Below, piece after piece: positions 1 to 9,838 of a DNA stretch of 64,000 bases. The notes under the pieces are model-generated. The model saw only the letters and a list, made by a program, of their open reading frames with translations. It was not told where the DNA came from and did not search any database. The stretch comes from a virus. Location of the stretch: UHGV virus genome UHGV-0371537; one strand, written 5' to 3'. Position 1 is the stretch's first letter, and every line of letters starts with the position of its first letter. Made by a program: the position numbers and the translations under genes.

Positions 1-841
1 ACCGGGATACGGGCTTGCAAGATCGGGTTGGTCACAACTCTGATGGCTCTGAACGTTCTTTTCACTAGTCATCCACAACTGATATTCGGATATCCAGAAC
101 CATCAGAGTTGCAGCCATGCTACAACCCGCATCTGGGTGAGGTTAAGGTGATCGACCCCAGACACTTGCCTGTTTCGCCAGGCCAAACGGTTTAGCGTCG
201 GGTGCCTCCCGATGCCATTATCATGGCGAATAATGGCGTTGACTTACCCTCAGGTGTTTCTTTGCCACTCAACCCTTGCGCTTAGCAGGATTCACCAAAC
301 AACCCGCACTTCAGTGTCTTCGTCACACTTCGGCACTTGTCCTCTACGCTCGGACCAAACGAGGCTGGCCGACAGAAACATAACACCACTCATCACTAGA
401 GCGAGGATGTGGTTGATAGCCACGATGCTATGCTTTGTCGAAGAGTGATCACACTTGTCAGGATGATCACTGTTTTGCAGTACCTGCCGCAAAGTGGAGT
501 CCTCTGAACTTCAATGACCCCTCATCTTGTACTATCGCCGCCGGGAACGTTCACATTGTGAATCAACCCTTGGGTTAAGTTCAACGTCCAGAGGACTCTA
601 CTTTGCGTTGTGGGGGCAAACCCCCACACGGCTACTTCTTTAACAGGGATTGCTAGCCCTGGGGATTCCACTGTTTAAGGCTTTATCCCATAACGCCTGA
701 GGCGTGTTTTAACTTATTGAAGCTTGCATAACTGCAAACTGATGTGGCTATGGGACACATCTGGGAGGACACTCCGTGGATTCATTTTACAGCATCCCGT
801 ATAGCGGATACCGACCTCGATCAAGTGCCCTCTCAGATGTC

Positions 842-880
842 GGCGGGAGCTTATTAATCACACCCTCCCGCCTATTTTTA
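842..880 (+). terminator. terminator-like hairpin in the ORF-poor region
   Basis: GGCGGGAG (842-849) pairs with CTCCCGCC (865-872), followed by TATTTTT. Confidence 0.35.
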
Positions 881-1752
881 GTGCGCCGAATTTTGTTATG
901 AGGAGTCGGAAGACCTCACTGGTTTATAGGCTATTACGCCGCCGCCAGAAATTCATCAGAGTTTGCATTTATCTTTGTGGTCTGTTTCTTAAAACCCGCA
1001 AAGCCGCAAGCAACGAGAACGAAAACCTGTTTGAGCACAAGACGCCATGTCCTGGGATCACATCGAAGTGTTTGTCTAGTGCCCAAACAGCTTTTCGTTC
1101 AGTGGGTTAACTATACTCTGCAACCCGTTATTGACAAAACCTTAAATTATTTCGCGGTGGTCGGAGTCTAACCGACAGCTGGTTGAGCGCAGAGTCCTAG
1201 GAGAAGGTGCTAACCCGACCATCACCAGCAAGCTTCGCACCGGAAGCCTTTCCTCGTCTGCCTATGTTCACACGCAGTCCGTGTGTACACCGCGATATAA
1301 TCTACCGGAACTTACGCATCCAGCCTCGCCTGTTGGTGCTCCTTCGAATCCGGGAAGATCAGCAGGAACTATGAATCAAGTTAATTCAACCAACAGGAAC
1401 CTTTGTGTTGCCCTTTGACGCAACATTATGAACCCTCTATGAAGACTCATAATGTTGTCGGCGTGATGGAGATTAGCGCCCCCCGACCTCCCCTATGTGT
1501 TGGTGTCGACTTGCCAACGGGGTGCTCTCTATTTCTGAGCTAATCACGCTACAACAGGGAGTTTCGTTCTCCGACGGTCAGTGCGTCCACTAACACCATG
1601 CAAGGTGGATGTCACGCCTCTATTCACAACGGTGTCCTGAGACTGGACTTTCCTGGTTTCTGGCCCCAACCATACTTCCACCGCGCTATTCGCCTCACGT
1701 TTAATACTTTACTGCAGTCCAGCTAATTTGAAAAGTCCTCTCCTCTTTGAGC

Positions 1753-1899
1753 TACACTGCCCACAGCAGTGCGGACGAACCTTCACTCAAAACCGGATGC
1801 GCCGAAGTGGGCGACTGTTCACCGGACTGATCGGGTAGACCCAGGAGAGTAAAGGTAATCCCGATCAGGAGGATGAGGAGCAACATCATGTAAAACATA
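1753..1899 (-). CDS. possible small hydrophobic membrane peptide (48 aa)
   Basis: ATG at fwd 1897-1899 with GGAGG-like SD about 7 nt upstream; hydrophobic N-terminus MFYMMLLLILLIGITFTLLGL; below ORF-track cutoff; 57 nt downstream of the 189-aa minus-strand gene. Confidence 0.25.
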
Positions 1900-1955
1900 G
1901 TGTTCCCTCCCTTCCATGCAACTAACTTTACTGCAATTATTTATTGAATAAAGCG

Positions 1956-2525
1956 TTATTTTACCACTTTTAACTTCACATCGCGCTCGAGCAGATACAC
2001 ATACTCATGGGCGGCTTCACGCGACATATAATGGGTAGATGGGGTGCTGTGTTTGTTCAGCGTCTCTTTTAATACAACGCGCTCAGCCCAACCATTAATA
2101 GATGTACCATAGAAGCCGATGATGGCTGCAAAATAAATGTTGCTAGTTTCAGGCTCCAGGATATAGTTCACCGTGAAGCACACCTCTGAGCGAACACCGG
2201 ATGGCCTGATGCCGATGCGTGAAGATGGCATGTCTTGTTCAACACATAAATGGCGGAAGCGGTCGCGACGAGCTTGTGATGACTCCATGAGTTCGCTGCG
2301 CAGATACGTGTCGTCAATATTGAAAGAGAAGGTGTTGGCACCTTTCAAATCAGATTTCGCCAAATCAATGGCCGAAGGAATAATTCGGCGGAAATTAATT
2401 TCTTTCTTGGTCAGGCGTAAAACTTCCGACGTGATCATTTTAAAATCGATGTCGTTTACTTTCTTCCCTTCATATTTTTCTAACAAAGGGATGATGTGTT
2501 TTAATACAGCAGTGTTGATATGCAT
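1956..2525 (-). CDS. hypothetical protein (189 aa)
   Basis: Only long ORF in the first 2.8 kb; divergent from the gp6-like gene; no motif recognised. Confidence 0.5.
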   Translation of the reverse strand: MHINTAVLKHIIPLLEKYEGKKVNDIDFKMITSEVLRLTKKEINFRRIIPSAIDLAKSDLKGANTFSFNIDDTYLRSELMESSQARRDRFRHLCVEQDMPSSRIGIRPSGVRSEVCFTVNYILEPETSNIYFAAIIGFYGTSINGWAERVVLKETLNKHSTPSTHYMSREAAHEYVYLLERDVKLKVVK

Positions 2526-2680
2526 GAGAGGTTCCTTAATATACGGTTGATTGACCGGACTATTATATTGGTGAAGGTGTTATTGAATTAAAGGCCAACA
2601 AAACAGGAGCGCGGTTTATTAATAGGCAGAAACTACTTTTCTACACCACTTACAAACTGTATCGTATCGCTGTGCCCTTT

Positions 2681-2773
2681 GAGTTGTGAGTGTTAACGAA
2701 CAACGAAAAGCAGCCTCCATGGCTGTGGAATGGGACTGCCTGTCAAGGCGGTGTTACGAGCGAAGCGAGTAGG
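2681..2773 (+). repeat. bipartite conserved intergenic element, copy A (upstream of gp6-like gene)
   Basis: GAGTTGTGAGTGTTAACGAACAACGA (2681-2706) and GAGCGAAGCGAGTAGG (2758-2773) recur at 46405-46459 with one mismatch each. Confidence 0.55.
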
Positions 2774-2824
2774 TTAACTCTATTCGAATAATATAACGCG
2801 CGAGGAAGATCCATTCCCGTCCGG

Positions 2825-2831
2825 CTAAATA
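2825..2831 (+). promoter_or_regulatory. late-promoter-like CTAAATA motif upstream of the gp6-like gene
   Basis: CTAAATA about 45 nt upstream of ATG 2872; same heptamer recurs before other structural genes. Confidence 0.4.
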
Positions 2832-2871
2832 TCTTCAACACCATATTCAAGATCAGGTGATGGAGATTAAC

Positions 2872-4650
2872 ATGGCCACACAAACAGTTCCCTCACTCGA
2901 TGTCAGAACATACGAGTTCCTTCTTAAGAAGCGAATGAAAGCAGACCCGACCTTCAAAGACTATGATTTTGAAGGTTCCGGCCTCAGTGCCATCATTCGC
3001 CTCTTGGCCTCGGATGCCAATGCCGTCGGGTTCATGCAGAACATGCTGAATGGCGAAAGCCATCTTCACTCTGCCCAACAGCGTTCCAACGTCGGTCTTG
3101 CGGCGGGGTTCCTTTCATACACCCCTGACAACTACAAGGCTGCGTTCCTGTATGCCAACGTAACAGTCACACCGTATGATCCAACAACTGCCCCTGAAAC
3201 GATCGTAATCGATCGACGTGCGATGTTTATTGGTGCAAAGGATGGCAAGTCATACAACTTCACTGTCGAAGCCCCGGCGAGTGCTACTTTGGTGGATGGG
3301 TCTTACAAGTTTGAAAACCTGAAACTGATCCAGGGCAACTGGCTGTACAAGTCATATGATGTCGAAGGAAGTGCGATCTCGTCTTATGTGATCCCTTCTT
3401 CAACTGTAGACATCAATCATATGGTGGTACAGGTGGCGGCTTCGGATACAGCCGATGAGACCAGCACGTACTCTCGTTATGTCAGCCCATTTGACCTGAG
3501 TCAATATGCTCAGCTCTACTTTGTGGAACTTGGCCTGGATGGGATGTACACCTTCGAATTTGGAGATGGGTACATCTGCAAACGTGTGGAAGATGGGAAC
3601 GTCATATATCTACAGTACCTGGAAACGTCTGGCGAAGATGGCAACGACATCACCTCTTTGTCTTCAGCTTCTTCCATCGGTGGATTCAACCTCGTGGATG
3701 TTGAACTGGTGTCCGAGCGTTCTTCCGGTGGTGCGCCACCAGAAAGTATCGAAGACACGAAACGCCTTGCTCCTCTGGCCTACCAGGCCGAGGGCGCGGC
3801 TGTAGCTGAGATGGATTACGCTGTTCTAACAGAACGCTTGTTCTCCAATGTGTCACGCGCCAAAGCATATGGCGGAGATACGCTCTCTCCTCCCGACTCC
3901 GGCTATGTCTACATTGCTGTCATCCCTACTACTGGTGAGTCACTTTCGGACGCGGAGAAGGCAGATATCGTGGCGACGTTAGATAAGTACAACGTTGGCA
4001 CCATCACACCAAAGATCGTCAACGCCGACATCACGTATATCGACGTGACAACAACGGTGTTCTGGGATTCAACATCTACAGCATACAACGAAGAGCAATT
4101 GAAAACCGTTGTTGTAAACGGGGTGCAAAACTGGGGCGCATCTAATCTTGAAGGGTTCGAAGAGTTGTTCGACAAAGAGCAACTGCAAGAAGCCATCACC
4201 AAGATGGATCGTTCTATCGCTTCCAACATCGCTTCGGTGAAATACAAACGTCACTTTAAACCAGATTACGGCGTTCTGGATAGTTTCACTTTCGATTTCG
4301 ACAGATCTATCGCTTCTGGTTCGGTGCGCATCAGTGGGTTTAAACCTCTTCCGGCTGAAGTTGATTTCACGTACTACATACGAGACGTCAATGGTGTGTT
4401 GAATATGTACAAGGTGAGCACCGCCGACACGACGAAAGAATATCTTGTACAGGCTGTGGGTACTGTAGACTATGTGAATGGTGTTGTGGAATTACAGCAG
4501 ATCACAGTTTCGAATTACAACGCCGAAGGAGTAACGATTGTGGTGTCTCCTGATGGACTGAACCAGAACCTACAGGCTGTGCAGAACCAGGTGCTCCGCA
4601 TCGGTGCAGTAACTGTCCTGCCGGAGGTGCGCTATGTCCAAAGATCTTAA
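2872..4650 (+). CDS. gp6: baseplate wedge protein, T4 gp6-like
   Basis: N-terminal DYDFEGSGLSAIIRLLA matches the T4 gp6 DYDFEGS region; track ORF begins at GTG 2857, ATG 2872 has GGAG SD 6 nt upstream; CTAAATA late-promoter motif at 2825. Confidence 0.75.
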   Translation: MATQTVPSLDVRTYEFLLKKRMKADPTFKDYDFEGSGLSAIIRLLASDANAVGFMQNMLNGESHLHSAQQRSNVGLAAGFLSYTPDNYKAAFLYANVTVTPYDPTTAPETIVIDRRAMFIGAKDGKSYNFTVEAPASATLVDGSYKFENLKLIQGNWLYKSYDVEGSAISSYVIPSSTVDINHMVVQVAASDTADETSTYSRYVSPFDLSQYAQLYFVELGLDGMYTFEFGDGYICKRVEDGNVIYLQYLETSGEDGNDITSLSSASSIGGFNLVDVELVSERSSGGAPPESIEDTKRLAPLAYQAEGAAVAEMDYAVLTERLFSNVSRAKAYGGDTLSPPDSGYVYIAVIPTTGESLSDAEKADIVATLDKYNVGTITPKIVNADITYIDVTTTVFWDSTSTAYNEEQLKTVVVNGVQNWGASNLEGFEELFDKEQLQEAITKMDRSIASNIASVKYKRHFKPDYGVLDSFTFDFDRSIASGSVRISGFKPLPAEVDFTYYIRDVNGVLNMYKVSTADTTKEYLVQAVGTVDYVNGVVELQQITVSNYNAEGVTIVVSPDGLNQNLQAVQNQVLRIGAVTVLPEVRYVQRS

Positions 4651-5488
4651 TAACGGCCACAACGGGGTAAAGTATGAGACTCCGTTGTTCTACCAGAACG
4701 AGTTCCCGGCGTTCATTGAGTTCATGGACACTTTCTTCAATTGGTTGTACCGCCAGCAGGGGTTCACTGAAGAAGAGATCTTGTCTTATCTTGCGGAGCC
4801 AGATGCTTGGGTGAACCCGAACACCGAAGATTCACCCCTTGAGCAGCTGATTGATATCAAGAAACGAAAGACTCCGGGAACCGAAGCCAAGGATTTCTTG
4901 GAAGACAAGTTCCTGACCCGCACGTTTGAAAACATGATGGCGCTTGATGCAGAAGAACTCTTGGACGCAGATGGTCGACCGCTCATATCTATGGAAGATA
5001 AGAATGAACGTATCGATGATTGGTATAGCGACTTCGGTTTCCAGAGAACGGTTGACAAGAACTTCCTTGAATTCGGACACTTTGTACCAGTGGGTTCAGA
5101 TTCACTTGTGACATCTGATGGAGACACGTTTTCTGTTTTCGTGGCCGGGGTTCGACGCCGAACCCTGGACCATGTTCGTTGGTTGAAGTTGCTGAAACAT
5201 ATCTACCGTATTCGTGGGACGAAGAAAGCTATCGAACTGTTCTTCTGGATTTACTTTGGATGTCCTGTGTCTGTATACTATCCAAAGGAAGAGATCGGCG
5301 GCCTGGATGATAACTTTGAATGTGATGGCGCAACCGGGATGCGTGATGACTATTACTATGATGAATTCACTTATGTGATAAGAGTTCCTGGCGACGTATC
5401 TGATTTTGAAGGCGTATTTGAACGCGTCTTCCGTCAGCATTTCCATCCTGCTGGGTTTACCGTATTCCTGGAAAGTTCAAGGAGTTAA
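4634..5488 (+). CDS. hypothetical virion/baseplate-associated protein (284 aa)
   Basis: ORF overlapping the gp6-like stop with GGAGGTG SD; position inside the baseplate module. Confidence 0.5.
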   Translation: MSKDLNNGHNGVKYETPLFYQNEFPAFIEFMDTFFNWLYRQQGFTEEEILSYLAEPDAWVNPNTEDSPLEQLIDIKKRKTPGTEAKDFLEDKFLTRTFENMMALDAEELLDADGRPLISMEDKNERIDDWYSDFGFQRTVDKNFLEFGHFVPVGSDSLVTSDGDTFSVFVAGVRRRTLDHVRWLKLLKHIYRIRGTKKAIELFFWIYFGCPVSVYYPKEEIGGLDDNFECDGATGMRDDYYYDEFTYVIRVPGDVSDFEGVFERVFRQHFHPAGFTVFLESSRS

Positions 5489-5490
5489 AA

Positions 5491-6702
5491 ATGGCCGATT
5501 TCCTGAGTCAATATACAGGTCAGCAGATTGATGCAATACTTGGTTCTGTTGACGACAAAGTAAGTAAGAATGATGTTATCAACGATTTCGCCGTTGATGA
5601 CCCGTTGTTTCCTCCGTCAGCTCATTTGACATATGAGCTGAAGCGTTCTGTGGATAATATCTACGACATACTGGAAAACAAAGTGATCCGCACCGACGGT
5701 GGTGAACAAACTATCAACGGGCGGAAGACTTTTGCCGCAGAAATCCGAGCCAATGCTGGTGTCAGTATCCCTACGGGGAAGAAACTTACCATCACAGATG
5801 AGCCAGTTGATTCCACTGATGGCGTCAATCTGTCTATGCTGCGCAAGCACGGCGTGAGTGAAGACACTGCCGGGGTTAACTCTGGTCTGAAAATCGAGTT
5901 GTTACCTGGTGGCTACAACAAACTCACTTTCGATGGCACAAATCTGGCCACTTACTCTGGTACTGGTGTGCCAACTACCATGTTACTGGTGAGTGGAACC
6001 GACACTGTCAAGTACGACACATCTGCGTTTGTGACTTCTATCTTCAATGATACGCGTTTCAACGCTTATCTGAAGGTTGTTGATTATGATGCCGATATGT
6101 TGGATATCCAGTCTCAGTTCAACACTGTCAACACCACTCTGGCTGCGAAGGTCAACACGTCGACTTACAACTCCAAGATGTCTAGCCTGGACACCAGTAT
6201 ACTGGATCTGACGAACAACAAAGTGAACGTCAGTACGTATAACACGAAGATGGCGGCGTTGGACAGTTCCATCAGTGGCATTCAGAGTGATATCGGCACG
6301 ATCAATACCACGTTGTCTGGAAAGGTCAACACATCGACCTACAACGCCAAAATGACAAGCCTGGACGCCGACATTGCTGCCCGTGTGAAGATCGGGAAGA
6401 CCAACCCAAGCGGTATCACTGTCTCTGCTTCTGGGAACTCTGCGTTGCCCGACTTCGATTTGGTGAACCTTTGCCAGGTGTTGATCAGTGCACAATGGGG
6501 TACAGGCAACGTCGTGGATACGTACCGCGTGACGATCACCCGTGACGGGACTATCAAGTCTGAGCTGTTGGTACAGAAGTCCACTTCCGGTACGGTGACA
6601 TTCGCGGGTTCTGTAGTGTCTTCAAAACTTCGTTTGACGATAACAAATGCGAACACGACGACTGCTTGCTCCGTTGACTACAATCTAGTCGCTTCTTTCT
6701 AA
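5491..6702 (+). CDS. fibre-like structural protein with three tandem ~30-aa repeats
   Basis: Repeats of the form NT.NTTL..KVNTSTYN.KM..LD..I between aa ~204-298 (nt ~6100-6390); Ser/Thr/Asn-rich; sits in the tail-fibre module. Confidence 0.6.
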   Translation: MADFLSQYTGQQIDAILGSVDDKVSKNDVINDFAVDDPLFPPSAHLTYELKRSVDNIYDILENKVIRTDGGEQTINGRKTFAAEIRANAGVSIPTGKKLTITDEPVDSTDGVNLSMLRKHGVSEDTAGVNSGLKIELLPGGYNKLTFDGTNLATYSGTGVPTTMLLVSGTDTVKYDTSAFVTSIFNDTRFNAYLKVVDYDADMLDIQSQFNTVNTTLAAKVNTSTYNSKMSSLDTSILDLTNNKVNVSTYNTKMAALDSSISGIQSDIGTINTTLSGKVNTSTYNAKMTSLDADIAARVKIGKTNPSGITVSASGNSALPDFDLVNLCQVLISAQWGTGNVVDTYRVTITRDGTIKSELLVQKSTSGTVTFAGSVVSSKLRLTITNANTTTACSVDYNLVASF

Positions 6703-6710
6703 AGTGAAAA

Positions 6711-6751
6711 CTAAATACCCCTAGATGAAACGAACACATTTAGGGGTATTT
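6711..6751 (+). promoter_or_regulatory. late-promoter-like CTAAATA plus 11-bp hairpin covering the SD region
   Basis: CTAAATACCCCTA (6711-6723) pairs with TAGGGGTATTT (6741-6751); ATG 6755 follows 3 nt later. Confidence 0.5.
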
Positions 6752-6754
6752 GAA

Positions 6755-9736
6755 ATGGCTAATAAACCAACACAGCCTGTTTTCCCTCTCGGTCTGGCGG
6801 CTGAAGAGCAGTCTACTTTGGCTGGTGTCCTCAACACGGGTACGATTGAGCATGGACCAGATGCTGTCCTGACTTTACCAGAGGGTAATGCCAGCGCAGG
6901 ACTCCCGTCTTCCGTTCGCTACAATGCCGACTCCGACGAATTTGAGGGCTTCTATGAAAATGGTGGATGGTTGCCGCTGGGTGGCGGTGGTATCCGCTGG
7001 GAAGTCCTTCCGCATGCCTCTACGGCAACGCTCACTGAAGGGCGAGGCTATCTCATTAATAATACCACAGGGGCATCTACAGTGGTTCTCCCTTCCCCTA
7101 CGCGTATTGGGGATTCCGTTACTATTTGTGATGCTTATGGGAAATTTGCCACTTACCCATTGACCGTGTCTCCTTCTGGAAATAATTTGTATGGCTCCAC
7201 TGAAGACATGGCTATAACAACTGATAACGTATCAGCAACGTTCACTTGGTCTGGACCTGAACAAGGTTGGATTATTACATCCGGCGTCGGTCTTGGCCAA
7301 GGTCGTGTCTACAGTCGTGAAATCTTTACAAAAATTTTGGCGTCTGAAACAAGTTCTGTCGCTCTCAATACTCCACCAACAATTGTGGACGTGTATGCTG
7401 ACGGAAAACGTCTTGCGGAATCCAAATATTCACTAGATGGGAATGTAATCACTTTCAGTCCTTCTTTGCCAGCCAACACAGAACTTCAGGTGATTGAATA
7501 TACTCCTATTCAATTGGGTAATGTCAGTGGTTCTGGTTCTTCTACGATTACCTGGGTCTATAATGGGGGTTCAGCGATTGGTGGTGAAACCGAAATCACG
7601 TTGGACGTCGTTGTTGATGATGTTCCGGCCATTGATATAAACGGAAGTCGCCAGTATAAAAATCTGGGATTCACATTCGATCCATTAACCAGTAAAATCA
7701 CTCTTGCGCAAGAACTGGAACCAGAGGATGAAGTTGTTGTAATTATCAATGGAACACCAAACATCTATAATCAAATTGATTATACTTTGCGGGAAGTTGC
7801 TCGAGCAACCAATGTTAAAGATACAGAGGTCGTTTATTTTAGTGTTGGTGCTGCGTTAAGTGGGTATAAAGTTATTTATGACAAGGAGACGCAAAGGGCT
7901 TATCCCTTGCCTGCTGATATTGTCCCTGGTACTACTGCTGTCAGTCTTAGTTCTTCCGCTATACTTGTGCATTCTGCTGGTAGTGTTGATCTGGGCGCAT
8001 TAGCTGTATCTCGTGAAGAATATGTTACATTGTCTGGGACATTTGATTCTGGTGCTGTCATCAATGTTAAAAATGAATTACTCACCCATACTGATGGAAA
8101 GTATCGTTGGGATGGTACACTTCCTAAAACCGTTGCTCCTGGCTCAACTCTTATGACAACAGGCGGCGTTGGTGTTGGCGCATGGATTAGTGTTGGTGAT
8201 GCTTCATTGAAGTCAGAATTGGCTAAACCTACAGGAGCAGGTTTTTCAGGTTTTGATAAGTCAATTGATTACGAAACTGGTACTGTTGGCAATGCGCTTA
8301 AGAAAATTATAAATGTCAACCCGGATATGTATCCATCATTACAGGATGCGATTGATGCTGCGGCAGCTTTAACAGGTTTAGAACATGCACCAAGTAGTGC
8401 TGCTAACCATCCTGACTGGCTACAACCTAACACTGTAAGCAAAGTTATCAGGCTGAATGGGAAGAAATATCCTATCAGTACGACACTACACATTCACGGA
8501 GATGTTAGCATTGATGCTGGTTTCGGTGGGGTGTACCTCACCGATGACTTCGTTGCAGACTCCTCTGGCTATGCTGTTAAATGCGATAAAGGGACGGGTA
8601 ATCAATACGCTGGGCATATCAGCAACTTATTAATTGATGCCCGTGCAAAAACTGTTAATGGGTTTAAGATATCCGATGGCTATGCTAACAAGTTAGAAGG
8701 CATTTACGTAGCCAACGTTGATGGTCATGGCATCCATATTGCTGGCGGTATGGGTGTGCACCTATTGAAGTTTTATGCTGTTGGTGTATTAAAACCAACT
8801 AATCCGCTCAGCACAGCCCACATTGTTGAAGGTAGCGATCATCAGGTTAGCATGGGTGAAGGTCGTTATTTCCGATTTGGTACCTGGGTTCGTGGTGGTG
8901 GTAATAACAGAATTGGTAAGGTGCACAACTGGGGCATGTATGACGATACAGTCACCGACCAGAACTCAAGGATGAAATGCTGCTTTGTTGTACAGAACTC
9001 AATAAACAATTCCTTCAATCAATGTTTTGCAGATTCTCCATCAAAATGGGACTACACGAAAGCTAATTTAGATCCTGTAGATGGTTATATTAACGGCGGG
9101 ATTGGTTTTTTTATTGATGGTGGAGCCACCGGTAATACGTTCTCTCAATGCCAGACGTTTGTGAATATGAATGCGTTTAATGACGCAGGGTTATCTGCAT
9201 ATGCGGCATCACTAATGCCATTCGCCGTTGGCAGTATCAATTGCTCATTCATTGAGTGTGAAAACTCAAACTCACCAGCATGGGTGGCAAGACTGATAAC
9301 TCATATTTACTCTGTGGATCAGGCATTTACTAACATACTCGCAGCTAAGAATTTTGTTGGTATAGAGTATGATATGGTTTGCAATGGTACAATTTTCAGG
9401 AAAAATGTTGGAGTTCCTGTATTGGTAAGAAATTCAAAGTTCGAGACGCCAACAGCAAGTTATGCGCCTAACTTTTCAGACGCATCTTACATCGCAGCTA
9501 CAGTTACAGGAGATGTAACAATAACACCAGCAGTATTAACAAATACACTAATTGGTTATGTTGAGGTTCTTTTGGCTGTCTATTCAACAACATCTAAAAC
9601 AATAACATTTGGTGCAAATGTTATATTAGCAAGTAGTACCCCATCTTTGACAGCAGCTGGAACACAAGTTTTTAGGTTGTCAACAACTGATGGAGGAACG
9701 ACTTGGTTCTGTAAGTTCGAGAGTGCTTACCCGTAA
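6755..9736 (+). CDS. tailspike protein, long form with N-terminal extension (TSP4-like)
   Basis: Internal anchor domain (aa ~350-510) paralogous to the N-termini of the 9839 and 15080 genes (VSREEYVTL, VKNELLTHT, KYRWDG); track start ATG 6725 lies in a hairpin loop, ATG 6755 follows the CTAAATA motif and hairpin. Confidence 0.8.
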   Translation: MANKPTQPVFPLGLAAEEQSTLAGVLNTGTIEHGPDAVLTLPEGNASAGLPSSVRYNADSDEFEGFYENGGWLPLGGGGIRWEVLPHASTATLTEGRGYLINNTTGASTVVLPSPTRIGDSVTICDAYGKFATYPLTVSPSGNNLYGSTEDMAITTDNVSATFTWSGPEQGWIITSGVGLGQGRVYSREIFTKILASETSSVALNTPPTIVDVYADGKRLAESKYSLDGNVITFSPSLPANTELQVIEYTPIQLGNVSGSGSSTITWVYNGGSAIGGETEITLDVVVDDVPAIDINGSRQYKNLGFTFDPLTSKITLAQELEPEDEVVVIINGTPNIYNQIDYTLREVARATNVKDTEVVYFSVGAALSGYKVIYDKETQRAYPLPADIVPGTTAVSLSSSAILVHSAGSVDLGALAVSREEYVTLSGTFDSGAVINVKNELLTHTDGKYRWDGTLPKTVAPGSTLMTTGGVGVGAWISVGDASLKSELAKPTGAGFSGFDKSIDYETGTVGNALKKIINVNPDMYPSLQDAIDAAAALTGLEHAPSSAANHPDWLQPNTVSKVIRLNGKKYPISTTLHIHGDVSIDAGFGGVYLTDDFVADSSGYAVKCDKGTGNQYAGHISNLLIDARAKTVNGFKISDGYANKLEGIYVANVDGHGIHIAGGMGVHLLKFYAVGVLKPTNPLSTAHIVEGSDHQVSMGEGRYFRFGTWVRGGGNNRIGKVHNWGMYDDTVTDQNSRMKCCFVVQNSINNSFNQCFADSPSKWDYTKANLDPVDGYINGGIGFFIDGGATGNTFSQCQTFVNMNAFNDAGLSAYAASLMPFAVGSINCSFIECENSNSPAWVARLITHIYSVDQAFTNILAAKNFVGIEYDMVCNGTIFRKNVGVPVLVRNSKFETPTASYAPNFSDASYIAATVTGDVTITPAVLTNTLIGYVEVLLAVYSTTSKTITFGANVILASSTPSLTAAGTQVFRLSTTDGGTTWFCKFESAYP

Positions 9737-9740
9737 AACT

Positions 9741-9766
9741 AACCCCCTCTTCGGCAGGGTTCTTGT
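9741..9766 (+). terminator. degenerate copy of the AACCCCGCTTCGGCGGGGTT terminator
   Basis: AACCCCCTCTTCGGCAGGGTT immediately after the tailspike stop at 9736. Confidence 0.35.
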
Positions 9767-9798
9767 TATACCTTTGTTCATAAATTTATTAGTTCAGC

Positions 9799-9834
9799 CT
9801 AAATACCCCATATTGGTCATCCTTTATGGGGTAT
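9799..9834 (+). promoter_or_regulatory. late-promoter-like CTAAATA plus 9-bp hairpin covering the SD region
   Basis: ATACCCCAT (9803-9811) pairs with ATGGGGTAT (9826-9834); ATG 9839. Confidence 0.5.
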
Positions 9835-9838
9835 TATC

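Noticed and set aside
1341-1351. TTCGAATCC T-loop-like sequence
   Set aside because: Flanking bases cannot form a T-stem or acceptor stem; isolated match.
1461-1549. tRNA-like hairpin with a 7-bp acceptor-like stem (GCGTGAT / ATCACGC)
   Set aside because: No D-arm/T-arm arrangement or TTCGA T-loop fits; about 89 nt with poor internal cloverleaf pairing.
1-1955. Frameshifted pseudogene or alternative genetic code as explanation for the ORF-poor region
   Set aside because: TAA, TAG and TGA all occur frequently in all six frames and no frame shows long quasi-ORFs broken by single stops.
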